In this document: in pieces, positions 1 through 9,646 of the stretch | Layout of the letters: each line of letters opens with the position of its first letter | Position numbering within the stretch: the stretch's first letter is position 1 | Source: Myxococcota bacterium | GTDB lineage: Bacteria > Myxococcota_A > UBA796 > CAJQPC01 | Direction: 5' to 3' | Assembly (NCBI GenBank): GCA_036229005.1 | Contig: JAZAMN010000054.1 | Location: 1 to 64,000 of the forward strand | Length of the DNA: 64,000 bases | Notes under the pieces: model-generated | Told to the model about the DNA's origin: nothing | Seen by the model: only the letters and a program-made list of their open reading frames with translations | Databases searched by the model: none | Program-made: the position numbers and the translations under genes

Positions 1-444
1 GCCCCCGAGCCCCCTGAGCTGGAGGAGATGCTGGCGCTGGAGCAGGCCGAGTTCGAGGCCCTGCTGGAGGCCCGCGCGGCCCGCTCTCAACAGACCAGCA
101 CCCTGGCCGACCGCTTCCTGGAGCGCTGGGCGGACTCCCCCATGCGCCCGGAGGTCGAGGCCATCGCCCTCTCCGCCGCCATGTCCGACCCCACGCTGGA
201 CCCCGTCGCGCTGCTGGCGCGGGTGGATCGCTGGCTGAGCGCAAACCCCAAGCACCCCCGCTTTGTGGAGATGCACTACCTGCGGGCCACGCTGCTGCGC
301 GATCAGCTCCACGACTGCCAAGCCGCCAGCGTGAGCTACCGCGTGGTCATCGCCATGGGGAGCGGGGCCCTGCAGGAGCAGTCCCAGCGCTACCTGGAGG
401 CCTGTCAGCAGAGCCGGGGTGGAGGCGAGCGCGCTGCGCCCTGA
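1..444 (+). CDS. Partial (5' truncated) helical/TPR-like hypothetical protein
   Basis: Frame open from base 1. Helical TPR-like pattern (EMHYLRATLLRDQLHDCQAASVSY). Stop TGA at 442-444. Confidence 0.55.
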   Translation, partial: APEPPELEEMLALEQAEFEALLEARAARSQQTSTLADRFLERWADSPMRPEVEAIALSAAMSDPTLDPVALLARVDRWLSANPKHPRFVEMHYLRATLLRDQLHDCQAASVSYRVVIAMGSGALQEQSQRYLEACQQSRGGGERAAP

Positions 445-458
445 TTAGGGAGCGGCGC

Positions 459-935
459 ATGTCTTCCCTGCTTCAGATCCTCGCTGAGTTCCTCGAGTCC
501 ATCAACTGGCGCTGGGAGCTCGTGGACGACAACGGAAACGTGCTGGGCACCACCGTCGAGGGGGAGAACGGCCGCTTCACCTGCTACGGCCACGCCCACG
601 ACGGCCGGCAGCAGCTCGTGTTCTACAGCCTCTGCCCCGTGCAGTGTCCGCCCGAGCGCCGCCAGGCCATGGCCGAGCTGCTCGCCCGCATCAACTTCGG
701 GATGATCCTGGGCAACTTCGAGCTGGACTTCGGCGACGGCGAGATCCGCTACAAGACCGCCCTGGACACCGAGCACCTGGAGTTCTCGGCCGAGGGCTGC
801 CGCCAGCTCGTGTTCCCCAACTGCATGATGATGGACCGCTACCTGCCCGCGATCCGCCACGTGGCCGACGACCAGGCCTCCCCCGAGGGCGCGATCGCCG
901 CGCTGTCCATGGACGACGACGAGCTGCTGAATTGA
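459..935 (+). CDS. YbjN-family (T3SS chaperone-like) protein
   Basis: Motif LLARINFGMILGNFELDFGDGEIRYK. RBS gggag upstream. Confidence 0.8.
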   Translation: MSSLLQILAEFLESINWRWELVDDNGNVLGTTVEGENGRFTCYGHAHDGRQQLVFYSLCPVQCPPERRQAMAELLARINFGMILGNFELDFGDGEIRYKTALDTEHLEFSAEGCRQLVFPNCMMMDRYLPAIRHVADDQASPEGAIAALSMDDDELLN

Positions 936-3181
936 GCAGCGCCCTTGAGCAGGAGGTCGAGCGCCTCACCTCTGGCCTGCGCGTCTCCACCGATCCCCAG
1001 GTCGCCGAGCGCCTGGAGGCCCTGACGCCCCTGCTGCTGCAGGCCGATGAGCCTCTGCTGGCGGCCCGGGTGTTCCTGGCCCGCGCGATGATCGCCTTCG
1101 CCCACCGGCGGGATCTCGCCGACGCCCAGCGCCTGGTCGAGCACGGTCTGGCCCGCGTCTCCCCGGACGACGACACCCTGCTGTGGGCCAGGCTGCTCAA
1201 CACCAAGGCCCTGCTGCTGATGATGCGCGGGGACCTCTTCGCCGCCATCGAGCCCCTGCTCCAGGCCGAGCTGCGCAGCCGCTCTCTGGGCCACAGCGGC
1301 CTGCTGATGCGCGCGCTGGCCCTGGGCAACCTGGGCTCCTGCCTGCTCACCGTGGGCGACCGACTGGGCGGGATCAAGGTGCTGGAGGAGGCCCTGGCGC
1401 TCCCGCTGGACGTCGCCGCGACCTTCACCCACATCCAGTGCATGGCCCCCCTGGCCAACGCCTACGCCCTGGAGGGAGAGCAGGCCAAGGTCCGGGAGGT
1501 GACGGTCAGGATGCGGTCCCTCATGCAGGACCCCACCGATCTGGCCGCCGTGGAGCGCGTACGCGCGGAAGGACTCATGGCCACCTGCGAGGCCCGGCTG
1601 GCGCTGTTCGACGGGCGCCTGTCCGAGGCCGCCGCCCAGGCCGATCGCTCCGCCGAGCTGCTGGGCCCCTTCTCCGACCGCCAGGAGCTGGCGCGCGCCC
1701 ACCTCATCGGCGCCCAGGCCACCCTCCAGCTCGGAGACCTGGAGCGCGCGGACCTCCTGGCCCACAAGGCCGAGCAGGCCGCCGGCGGCCACCCCAGCCC
1801 CCAGGCCTGGTCCGAGGCCCTGGAGCTGCGGGCCGAGATCGCGGAGCGCCAGGGGCAACTGCAGCGCGCCATCGACCTGCTGCGCTCCGCCCAGCGCGGA
1901 GACTCCGCCCACATCCGCCGGGGCCTGGGCGCGGCCGTCCGCGCCCTGGTCAACCACAACAACGCCGAGATCAACCACCTGCGGCACAACGAGCTGCGCT
2001 CGGCCAACGACTCGCTGCGGGCCGCGCTGACGGACCTGCGCATCGCCAAGGACGCCGCAGAGCAGGCCGTGCGCGCCCGCCACGACTTCCTCTCCCAGAT
2101 GTCCCACGAGATCCGGACCCCGCTGCACGGCGTGCTCGGGAGCACCCACCTGCTCTCGAACACCCCCCTGGCCCCCGACCAGCGCGAGACCCTGGAAGTG
2201 GCCCGCCGCAGCGCCGAGCTCACCCTGGCCATCGTCGATGACATCCTGGACTTCCGCACCCTGGAGGAGGGTCGCCTGGAGCTGGACCCCGTCCCCTTCC
2301 CGCTGCGGCGGCCGGCGCGGGACGCCGTGAGGATGGTGCTCCCCCGCGCCGCCGACAAGGGGCTCACACTGGAGCTCCACATCGAGCAGGGCCTGCCGGA
2401 GCGCGTGATCGGAGACGACCGCAGGCTGCAGCAGGTGCTGGTCAACCTGCTGGCCAACGCCGTCAAGTTCACCAGCCAGGGCCACGTCACCCTGGAGCTG
2501 AGCGCCCACCCCCAGGGCATCCAGTTCTCCGTCACCGACACCGGGATCGGCATCGCCCCCGAGGCCCTCGGGCGCATCTTCCAGCCCTACACCCAGTCCG
2601 ACGCCAGCACCCGCCGGCGGGTCGGTGGGACCGGCTTGGGCCTGACCATCTCCCGCTCCCTGGTGGCCCTGGCCGGCGGCGCGCTCCAGGTGGAGAGCAC
2701 CCTGGGGGTGGGCAGCCGCTTCCACTTTGCGGTCCCCCTGCCCGCGCACTCCAGCCAGGAGGCCGGCCCCGAAGCCCTCGAAGACATCCGCGGCATGCGC
2801 GTGCTGGTCGCCGAAGACAACCCGGTCAACCGCCTGCTCATCGAGCGCATGCTGCAGGATCTGGGCGTCACGGTCCACTGCGCCGAGGGGGGCAGCGACG
2901 CGGTCCACAGCGCCCTCCGGCAGCGACCCCACGTGGTCCTCATGGATCTGCACATGCCCGACATGGACGGCGACGAGGCCACCCGCCGCCTGCGCGAGGC
3001 TGGCTACCCTGGCCCCATCCTGGCCCTCACCGCCTCCGTGCTGGCGGAAGACCGCGAGGTCTGCCTCAGCGCCGGGATGGACGGCTTCCTGACCAAGCCG
3101 CTCACCCCCTCCGCCCTCTGCAAGGCCCTGGCGCCCCACCGCCCGGCTCAGAGCCTAGCGCCCCAGAGTCAGAGCGAGTAG
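932..3181 (+). CDS. Hybrid sensor histidine kinase with N-terminal TPR-like region and C-terminal receiver domain
   Basis: H-box FLSQMSHEIRTPLHG, N-box NLLANAVKFT, G1 DTGIGI, G2 GGTGLGL, receiver VAEDN...MDLHMP...KP. Likely TTG start overlapping the upstream stop (TTGA). Confidence 0.9.
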   Translation: MSSALEQEVERLTSGLRVSTDPQVAERLEALTPLLLQADEPLLAARVFLARAMIAFAHRRDLADAQRLVEHGLARVSPDDDTLLWARLLNTKALLLMMRGDLFAAIEPLLQAELRSRSLGHSGLLMRALALGNLGSCLLTVGDRLGGIKVLEEALALPLDVAATFTHIQCMAPLANAYALEGEQAKVREVTVRMRSLMQDPTDLAAVERVRAEGLMATCEARLALFDGRLSEAAAQADRSAELLGPFSDRQELARAHLIGAQATLQLGDLERADLLAHKAEQAAGGHPSPQAWSEALELRAEIAERQGQLQRAIDLLRSAQRGDSAHIRRGLGAAVRALVNHNNAEINHLRHNELRSANDSLRAALTDLRIAKDAAEQAVRARHDFLSQMSHEIRTPLHGVLGSTHLLSNTPLAPDQRETLEVARRSAELTLAIVDDILDFRTLEEGRLELDPVPFPLRRPARDAVRMVLPRAADKGLTLELHIEQGLPERVIGDDRRLQQVLVNLLANAVKFTSQGHVTLELSAHPQGIQFSVTDTGIGIAPEALGRIFQPYTQSDASTRRRVGGTGLGLTISRSLVALAGGALQVESTLGVGSRFHFAVPLPAHSSQEAGPEALEDIRGMRVLVAEDNPVNRLLIERMLQDLGVTVHCAEGGSDAVHSALRQRPHVVLMDLHMPDMDGDEATRRLREAGYPGPILALTASVLAEDREVCLSAGMDGFLTKPLTPSALCKALAPHRPAQSLAPQSQSE

Positions 3182-4779
3182 AGCGCCAGCCCGCCCTCGC
3201 TCCCGACGGCCAGCAGCGACCCCAGCACGGACACCTGATGCACCCGGGGATCCGGGGTCCACAGCCCGCGCACCGACCCGCTGTCCTCGACCCAGAACAG
3301 GCCGCCCAGGGTGCCGTACCAGACTCCGCCTTCGCCCCGCGCCAGGGCCAGCGACCAGCCGTCGGGCACCTGGATCTCGCTCCACTGGGCGCCGTCGTAG
3401 TGCCACAGGCCCTCGTCATAGGTGCCCGCCCAGGCCTCCCTCCCCTCGCAGGCCACCGCCATCACCCAGTCGTCGGGCAGACCGCCCCGCCCGTCATGGT
3501 GCTGCCAGCTCCGCCCGGTCCACTGGCTCACCCCGGCGTCCTCGCTGGCCACCCAGGCGCGCTTCCCGCAGGCCGTCACGTCCTGGTAGCTGGTCCCGTA
3601 GACGCTCAGCCGGTGCCGCCGCCAGTAGCCGTCCTCCACCGAGTCCGGGCCCACCACATCGGCGATCCAGAGCCGCTCGCTGCCCACGGCCAGCGCCGTG
3701 ATGGCCTCGTTCGAGGTCCCGGGCGCCCCGCGGGGGATGCCCCAGGGCTCCCCAGGAAAGGTGGTGACATTCTGGCCATCCCAGGCCGCCAGCCCACCGC
3801 TCGTCGCGAACCAGGCCTGGCCCTCGTAGACCACCACGTCGTTGACCAGCGTGCTTGGCAGCCCCTCGATGTCATGCCAGCGCTGCCCGTCAAAGCGGCA
3901 GGCCCCGCGCTGGAAGGTGGTCACCACCAGCTCCCCCTGGAACTCGGCGGCCCCGGTCACGAAGTTCCCGCAGATCTGCCCCTCCGGCGTCAGGCGCTCC
4001 AGGTCCTGCTCCAGGCGGTAGAGCCCGTCCTGGGTGCCCACGAACCAGGCCTCCCCCACCCGCTCGATGGCCGAGATGCGCCCCGGCACGCGCCCGATCA
4101 CGCCATCCGGCCCCACCAGCGCCCCATCGGCGGTCCCAAAGACCCCGGGACCTGCGGCCGTCGCCTTCACGCGCTGCCCCTCCAGAGATCCGTCGGGGTG
4201 GAGGAGGAAGGACTGGGTGATGCACGCGATGCGCACGACCTCACCTTCGGGCCCCTCGTCCGCATACAAATCCACGACAGGACAGGGCATCAGCGAAGTG
4301 CGGCTGACCCCGTCCACCACGTGGTGCAGGTAGCCCTCCTGCGTGCCCACCAGCACCCCACCCTGCCAGTCCACCGCGTCCGTGGCCAGGCCCTCCAGCT
4401 CCGGGGCGCCCGAGAGCGAGCCGCCGCGGGTCACCCAGTGCTCCTGGGTGAAGGCCACGATGCTGCTGGTGGCGTGCTCGCCGGCAGGGACCAGGGTGTC
4501 GAAGCTGTGGCCGGTCCACTGGGCGGCGCCCTGGCGCTCGCTGCCGACCGCCAGGGCCCCCTGGTGCTCCCCGACTGCGACCAGATCGCTGCCGGGGAGC
4601 TCGCGGACCACGTGGGCCAGGCGGGTGCCGTCGGCGCCGTAGAACTCCAGGCCGCCTGCGGTAGCCGCCAGAATGACTTCGCCGGTGACATGCAGTGCGC
4701 GGATGTCGGCGGTGCGCGTATGCACCGCCTGGAGCTCCTGGGCCTGAGCGGTGTGGAGCAGAGTGAGCAGGGGGATCAC
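3169..4779 (-). CDS. Secreted beta-propeller protein (two-component regulator propeller-like repeats)
   Basis: Repeated blades (WFATSGGL, WVASEDAGV, WAGTYDEGL, GLPDDWV). Short signal peptide. GTGA overlap with the upstream gene. Confidence 0.7.
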   Translation of the reverse strand: MIPLLTLLHTAQAQELQAVHTRTADIRALHVTGEVILAATAGGLEFYGADGTRLAHVVRELPGSDLVAVGEHQGALAVGSERQGAAQWTGHSFDTLVPAGEHATSSIVAFTQEHWVTRGGSLSGAPELEGLATDAVDWQGGVLVGTQEGYLHHVVDGVSRTSLMPCPVVDLYADEGPEGEVVRIACITQSFLLHPDGSLEGQRVKATAAGPGVFGTADGALVGPDGVIGRVPGRISAIERVGEAWFVGTQDGLYRLEQDLERLTPEGQICGNFVTGAAEFQGELVVTTFQRGACRFDGQRWHDIEGLPSTLVNDVVVYEGQAWFATSGGLAAWDGQNVTTFPGEPWGIPRGAPGTSNEAITALAVGSERLWIADVVGPDSVEDGYWRRHRLSVYGTSYQDVTACGKRAWVASEDAGVSQWTGRSWQHHDGRGGLPDDWVMAVACEGREAWAGTYDEGLWHYDGAQWSEIQVPDGWSLALARGEGGVWYGTLGGLFWVEDSGSVRGLWTPDPRVHQVSVLGSLLAVGSEGGLALYSL

Positions 4780-7055
4780 AGCTCCACCTCCACGCTCTGC
4801 TCGACCCGGTTCATGGCGCGGTCCTTGGCGACCACGCGGAGCTCGGTGTAGACGCCGGGCAGGACCACGCGCACCTCGCCGCCGGGGTGCTGGCGGAGAT
4901 CGACGCGGTGGGCGGCGCCGGGCTGACCGACGGGCTCGACCAGGATGGAGCGCAGGGGCTCCTCGGGCACGAAGCTGAGGATGGTGACCTGCCCCTCCAC
5001 GTGGGCCTGCAGGTCCAGCTCGGGCACCGACGAGTCGATGACCAGGGTCTCGCCGCGGATCTCCGTGCGCCCGTCGGGGAGCATGATGAAGATGCGGATC
5101 TCGTACTCGCCGTCCTCGACGTCGCGGGGGACCAGGAAGCGTACGTACCAGCGCTCGCGCTGCTCGTCCCAGGCCAGGGACTCGACGCCGCCCCAGGGGA
5201 AGACGACCACGACCTCGTCGGCGTCGTGGGGGGCCTGGACGGTCAACAGGGGGTCGCCGGGGGGCATGTACTGGCGGGAGAGATCCATGGCCATGTCCAG
5301 GTCGACGCCGTCGGGGGCCTCGCTGGGCTGTTGCACCAAAGCCTGCTTTCCACCTTCATTCCGGACGCGGTACTCCACGGCCACGAAGCTGGTGTACTGG
5401 GTGAGCAGGCGGTACTCGAGCGCGGTCTGGAGGATCTCGGCCTCGACCTCGGGGATGGGGCCGTGGAGCTGCTCGCGCTCCAGGGCCTTCACGCGCTGGC
5501 GGGCCCAGGCGCTGGCGATGGCGGAGCCGTCATCGACGGGCACCACGTCCAGGACCTCCACGTACTCCTTGTCGCCCATGCGGCCGCGGAGGGTGATGGG
5601 GCCGAGCTCCTGGCCCTCCTCGTAGCGGCCGACCAGCTGCAGGGTGTGGCCCACATAGAGGTCCTTGAGGCCCTTGGGGTAGACGCCCTCGACCTCCACG
5701 CCGCCAAAGTCCACCTGAACCTCGGTGAGCACCGGGCGGGCGATGGTGGAGTAGAAGGCGTTGACGGTGTCCGCGGGCTCCTGGGTGGGCAGCACGTAGG
5801 AGACGGTGCCGCCGCCGACGTCGGCCATGGAGTCCAGCAGGTAGCGGTTGACGCTGGAGCCGATGCCCATGGCGAACAGGCGCGTGGGACCGAGCTTGTC
5901 TTCGATGGTGGCCAGGATCTGCTGCTCGTTGCCGATGTAGCCGTCGGTCATGAAGCAGACGATGCGCTGGCGCTCGGGGTCCTGGGGGTAGTCCAGGCTG
6001 GCCTCGATGCCGGCCAGCATGTGGGTGCCGCCCATGCCATGCATGCCGTCGACGTAGGCCAGGCCCCGCTCGATGTTCTCGGGGGTCGCGGGGAGCGGCC
6101 GGTCGGAGAGCGCGGAGGCCGACTCGGAGAAGCGGATGACCTGGAAGGAGTCGCCGGGGAGCATTCCCTGCAGGGCGGTGCGCATGGCGTCCTTGGCCAT
6201 GTCCATCGGCAGGCCGGACATCGAGCCGGAGTTGTCGACCACGAAGATGAGCTCGCGGGGCACGATCTGCTCGTCCTGGGGGGCCACCTGGGGGACCACC
6301 GTCAGGGCGAAGTGGCCGTCCTGGGTGAGCAGGCTCGCGACGGGCTCGTCGCCCTGGGGCTCGATGGCCAGCACCAGATCCCGGCTGGGGCGCAGCTTGT
6401 CCAGGGAGAACTGAGCGCCGGAGCTGGTGTAGGGGACCGACAGCTCGGGGTGCGAGAGCAGCTCGACCTCGCCCAGAGGGCTGCCCATCTCGATGGTGAA
6501 GTCCACGTCCACGGTGACGCCGGTGGGCTGCGCGGCGATGGGCGGGGAGATGGCCTCGACCTCAGCCGCCGGGATGCTGCCGGCCGGGGTGAAGCGCGGT
6601 CCGACGGTCATGGGCTGCTCGAAGACCCAGCGCCCGTCCACGTAGGAGAGCGGCTGGACCATGTGCAGCGTGACCACGACCTCCTCGCCGGGCTGCAGGT
6701 TGGCGATGGACTGGGTGAAGATGTTGGGCCGCTCCTGCTCGGTCAGGGCGGCGGACTGGCCCTTGGCCTTGGCCTCCTCGTAGACCTGGCGGGCCTCGGA
6801 CTTCTCCAGGATCTCGCCCTGGATCACGCGGTCGCCGATGGTGAAGCTCATCTCGTCGACGGCGGCCTCCTCGTGCAGCGGGAAGGTGTAGACGGCCTCG
6901 ATGAACTCCTCGTTGGGGTTCTCGAAGACCTGCTGGACCGTGACCTCCGCGTAGGGTCCGGTGATCAGCACGTCGACCTGCTGCGCCTTGAGGGGCAGGC
7001 CCTGGGGAGCGGCGACCGCGAGCTGGGTGAGGGAGAAGAGTCCGAGGAGGGTCAT
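4776..7055 (-). CDS. Secreted VIT + vWA domain protein
   Basis: VIT segment (QVFENPN...EAVYTFPL...EQERPNIF), MIDAS DNSGSM, GGT and TDG motifs, LLTQYTSFVAV. Confidence 0.9.
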   Translation of the reverse strand: MTLLGLFSLTQLAVAAPQGLPLKAQQVDVLITGPYAEVTVQQVFENPNEEFIEAVYTFPLHEEAAVDEMSFTIGDRVIQGEILEKSEARQVYEEAKAKGQSAALTEQERPNIFTQSIANLQPGEEVVVTLHMVQPLSYVDGRWVFEQPMTVGPRFTPAGSIPAAEVEAISPPIAAQPTGVTVDVDFTIEMGSPLGEVELLSHPELSVPYTSSGAQFSLDKLRPSRDLVLAIEPQGDEPVASLLTQDGHFALTVVPQVAPQDEQIVPRELIFVVDNSGSMSGLPMDMAKDAMRTALQGMLPGDSFQVIRFSESASALSDRPLPATPENIERGLAYVDGMHGMGGTHMLAGIEASLDYPQDPERQRIVCFMTDGYIGNEQQILATIEDKLGPTRLFAMGIGSSVNRYLLDSMADVGGGTVSYVLPTQEPADTVNAFYSTIARPVLTEVQVDFGGVEVEGVYPKGLKDLYVGHTLQLVGRYEEGQELGPITLRGRMGDKEYVEVLDVVPVDDGSAIASAWARQRVKALEREQLHGPIPEVEAEILQTALEYRLLTQYTSFVAVEYRVRNEGGKQALVQQPSEAPDGVDLDMAMDLSRQYMPPGDPLLTVQAPHDADEVVVVFPWGGVESLAWDEQRERWYVRFLVPRDVEDGEYEIRIFIMLPDGRTEIRGETLVIDSSVPELDLQAHVEGQVTILSFVPEEPLRSILVEPVGQPGAAHRVDLRQHPGGEVRVVLPGVYTELRVVAKDRAMNRVEQSVEVEL

Positions 7056-7086
7056 GGTGTGCTCCGGTGTGTGGGCTCACCATCTG

Positions 7087-7102
7087 TTCAAGCTCGGTGC
7101 CA
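7087..7102 (-). promoter_or_regulatory. Sigma-54-like promoter of the VIT/vWA operon
   Basis: Minus strand TGGCAC-CGAGC-TTGAA, about 32 bp upstream of the ATG. The -12 element deviates from TTGC. Confidence 0.45.
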
Positions 7103-7403
7103 AGCCCCTGGATCCCGCGATCTCCCCCACAACGAGGTCATTGTTGGCCCAACCAGCCCCCTGATCGCGACCCCTCCTGTTTGCAACTTATCCAAGATTT
7201 CAGCAATCCATACAGTGGCCACAGCGGACTCCAGGCCACCTCTGCCCGCAAGAGGCCGCCAATCCAGCCCCGCACGCACTGACAGCCTGTCCGGCGCCCG
7301 AGAGCCCCGCGGACCGTCCCAGACAGCCTGTCCTCGCTGGCGCCCCAGAGCGCTGCTGAGCGCTGGCATGGACCTTGAAACCGCGGTTGGCTAGGAGACC
7401 TGC

Positions 7404-8477
7404 ATGCTGCCGCTGATCCTCTTCCTCGCCTGCCCCAAGCCCGTCGCCGAGACCGGCCCCCCCACGCCGGGCCCCTCCCCCATCCTGCCCGCGCCCTACG
7501 CGCCCGTCTACACGGCGGCGCCGGGCGTCGCGGCCGACCCTCTGGTCAACTGGGTGGCCCAGTCCCACCGCTACGACGAGACCCTCTCGGGCGCGGCAGG
7601 TGCGCTCGCGCTGATGGTCCCCAGCACCGGCGAGCTGGACGGCGCGGCGGTCCACTGGGCCCTGATCCAGTCCGGCTGGCCCTACGGCACGGCCAAGGCC
7701 CAGGTCTTCCCGGCCAAGCGCGACCAGATCCCCGCCGAGGTCAGCGCGGCCATCCAGAAGGTCCCCAAGTCCACCCCCATCGGGCTCGCGCGCGCGCGGC
7801 AGGGCGACCAGGAGACCTGGGTGCTCCTGGAGGCCAGCGTGACCGCCGAGGTCCGTCCCTTCCTGCGGGAGGTGGGGCTTGGGGACTCCCTCACGCTGCG
7901 GCCCACCGCTTCGGGTTGGTCGGCCCTGGAGCAGAGGGCGCTGCCTCCCCAGGGCCCAGCGAGGACAGGCTCGGTGCAATACGACGCGCCCGGCGAGTGG
8001 CTGGTCGAGCTCTGGGGCACCAAGGACGGCGCCCGCCAGCGCCTGGTCCAGGTCCCGGTCTACGTCGGCGAGGTCACCCCCGAAGACGGCCCCTTCCTGA
8101 ACGTGGACGCGAGCAAGCCCGAGGGGGATCTGGCCATCCGCGCCGCCGAGCGGGGCATCGCGGAGCTGCGGGGCGTGCTGGACGCGCCCCCCCTGGAGAT
8201 GGACCCGGTGCTGCTCTCCCTGGCCGGTCGCCACAGCAAGCAGCTCGCCATGGGAGAGGCCGACGCCCAGGCCATCCTCCAGACCACCAGCGAGGCCGGC
8301 CTGACCGACGCCGCGCTGATGGTCTGCACCGGCGAGACCGTGCAGGGTTGCCTGGACCACCTCTTCTGGTCGGTCAGCGACCGCGAGGTCCTGCGCAACC
8401 CCAGCCAGACCCTGCTGGGCGTGGGCGCCGACTGGACGGCCGGCGGCCTGCAGATCGTGGTGCTGGTGGCCCGATGA
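7404..8477 (+). CDS. Lipoprotein with degenerate CAP/SCP-like C-terminal domain
   Basis: MLPLILFLAC lipobox. C-terminus LAGRHSKQLA...FWSVSDREVLRNPSQTLLGVG resembles CAP. Confidence 0.55.
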   Translation: MLPLILFLACPKPVAETGPPTPGPSPILPAPYAPVYTAAPGVAADPLVNWVAQSHRYDETLSGAAGALALMVPSTGELDGAAVHWALIQSGWPYGTAKAQVFPAKRDQIPAEVSAAIQKVPKSTPIGLARARQGDQETWVLLEASVTAEVRPFLREVGLGDSLTLRPTASGWSALEQRALPPQGPARTGSVQYDAPGEWLVELWGTKDGARQRLVQVPVYVGEVTPEDGPFLNVDASKPEGDLAIRAAERGIAELRGVLDAPPLEMDPVLLSLAGRHSKQLAMGEADAQAILQTTSEAGLTDAALMVCTGETVQGCLDHLFWSVSDREVLRNPSQTLLGVGADWTAGGLQIVVLVAR

Positions 8478-9646
8478 GCCTGCTGCTGCTGCTCGCCTGC
8501 GCGGGCAAGGCCCCGGCCGAGGCCCCCGCCGCCACCCCCAGCGCCCAGGTCCGCGCGCGCCCCCAGCCCGACGCCGACAGCCCCACCCTGCAGCGCGTCC
8601 CCGGGGCCCAGCAGGACGGCGGAATGGACCGCAGCGTCATGGCGCTCGTGGGCGCAGCGCGGGACCCCGGCGTCCGGCTGCCCACCGCCCAGACCCTCCA
8701 GGCCCGGGCCCAGGCCGGCTACCCCTGCCCCGCCACCTACCTGCGGGAGCTGACCGGAGACGGCGCCCAGCCCGAGCGCCTGTTGGCCGAGCTGGAGAAG
8801 GCCGCCCTGAGCGAGTCCGCCCCCGTCGACCTGGCCCTGGCCAGCCGGGACTTCTCGGACTCCGGCACCCTGTGGATCGCCGGCATCTGCCCCGTCCTGG
8901 CCTTGTTGGACCCCATCCCCCGGGACATCGGCGTGGGCGACCCGGTGCCCGTCAGCGTCGAGCTCGCCGCCGGGCAGGACTGGGAGCTGCAGCTCTTCGT
9001 GGACCCGCCCGTCGGGCCCGTCACCCAGCAGCCGCTGAGCGAGAACGTGGCGAGCTGGTACACCCGCACCGAGCACCCCGGCGAGTACCGCTTCGAGGTC
9101 GTCGGCAGCCGCCCCCGCGAGAGCCGCGTGCTGCTGCTCTGGTCCGTGTTCGTGGACCAGGAGCCCGCCGCCCTGGACTCCCTGCCGCGCGCCCAGGCCC
9201 AGGCCCCCGACCCCATGGCGGCCACCGAGGCTCTGTACCGGGAGCTCAACCGCATCCGGCAGGAGGCCGGCCTGGCCCCGGTCACGCCCTTTCCCGCCTT
9301 CGAGCCCCTGGCCCGCGAGCAGGCCGCCACCCTGGCCTACCGGGGCGTCGTGGCCCACAGCCTCAGCGGCCTGCCCACTCTGGCCGAGCGCGCCGAGGCC
9401 GGCTTCCACCCCCGCGCCCTCCACTACGAGAACGTGGCCGCCGCCCCCACCTGGCAGGAGGCCAGCGACCTGGTCGCCCTCTCCCCGGGGCACGCCATGA
9501 ACCTGCTCTGCGAGCGCTGCACCCACGCCAGCATCGGCGTCGCCCTGGAGCCGGTCACCGACCGCGTGCCCCGGCTCTTTGTGGTGTGGGAGCTGCTGGA
9601 GTTCCCGGACGGGGAGCCGGTGGAGATCCGGCGCTTCGCGGAGTGA
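8474..9646 (+). CDS. CAP/SCP-domain lipoprotein
   Basis: ATGA overlap, MSLLLLLAC. LNRIRQEAGL...ENVA...SPGHAMNLL...HASIGVA is a CAP signature. Confidence 0.75.
   Translation: MSLLLLLACAGKAPAEAPAATPSAQVRARPQPDADSPTLQRVPGAQQDGGMDRSVMALVGAARDPGVRLPTAQTLQARAQAGYPCPATYLRELTGDGAQPERLLAELEKAALSESAPVDLALASRDFSDSGTLWIAGICPVLALLDPIPRDIGVGDPVPVSVELAAGQDWELQLFVDPPVGPVTQQPLSENVASWYTRTEHPGEYRFEVVGSRPRESRVLLLWSVFVDQEPAALDSLPRAQAQAPDPMAATEALYRELNRIRQEAGLAPVTPFPAFEPLAREQAATLAYRGVVAHSLSGLPTLAERAEAGFHPRALHYENVAAAPTWQEASDLVALSPGHAMNLLCERCTHASIGVALEPVTDRVPRLFVVWELLEFPDGEPVEIRRFAE

Noticed and set aside
644..931. N-terminal extension of the histidine kinase ORF
   Set aside because: It overlaps the YbjN gene out of frame and is Arg/Pro-rich shadow sequence. 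TTG at 932 fits better.
7280..7345. Shared words (agcctgtcctcgYtggc, ccccagagcg) with 34595-34630 as a second repeat family
   Set aside because: Matches are short and in a different order, so chance in GC-rich DNA cannot be excluded.
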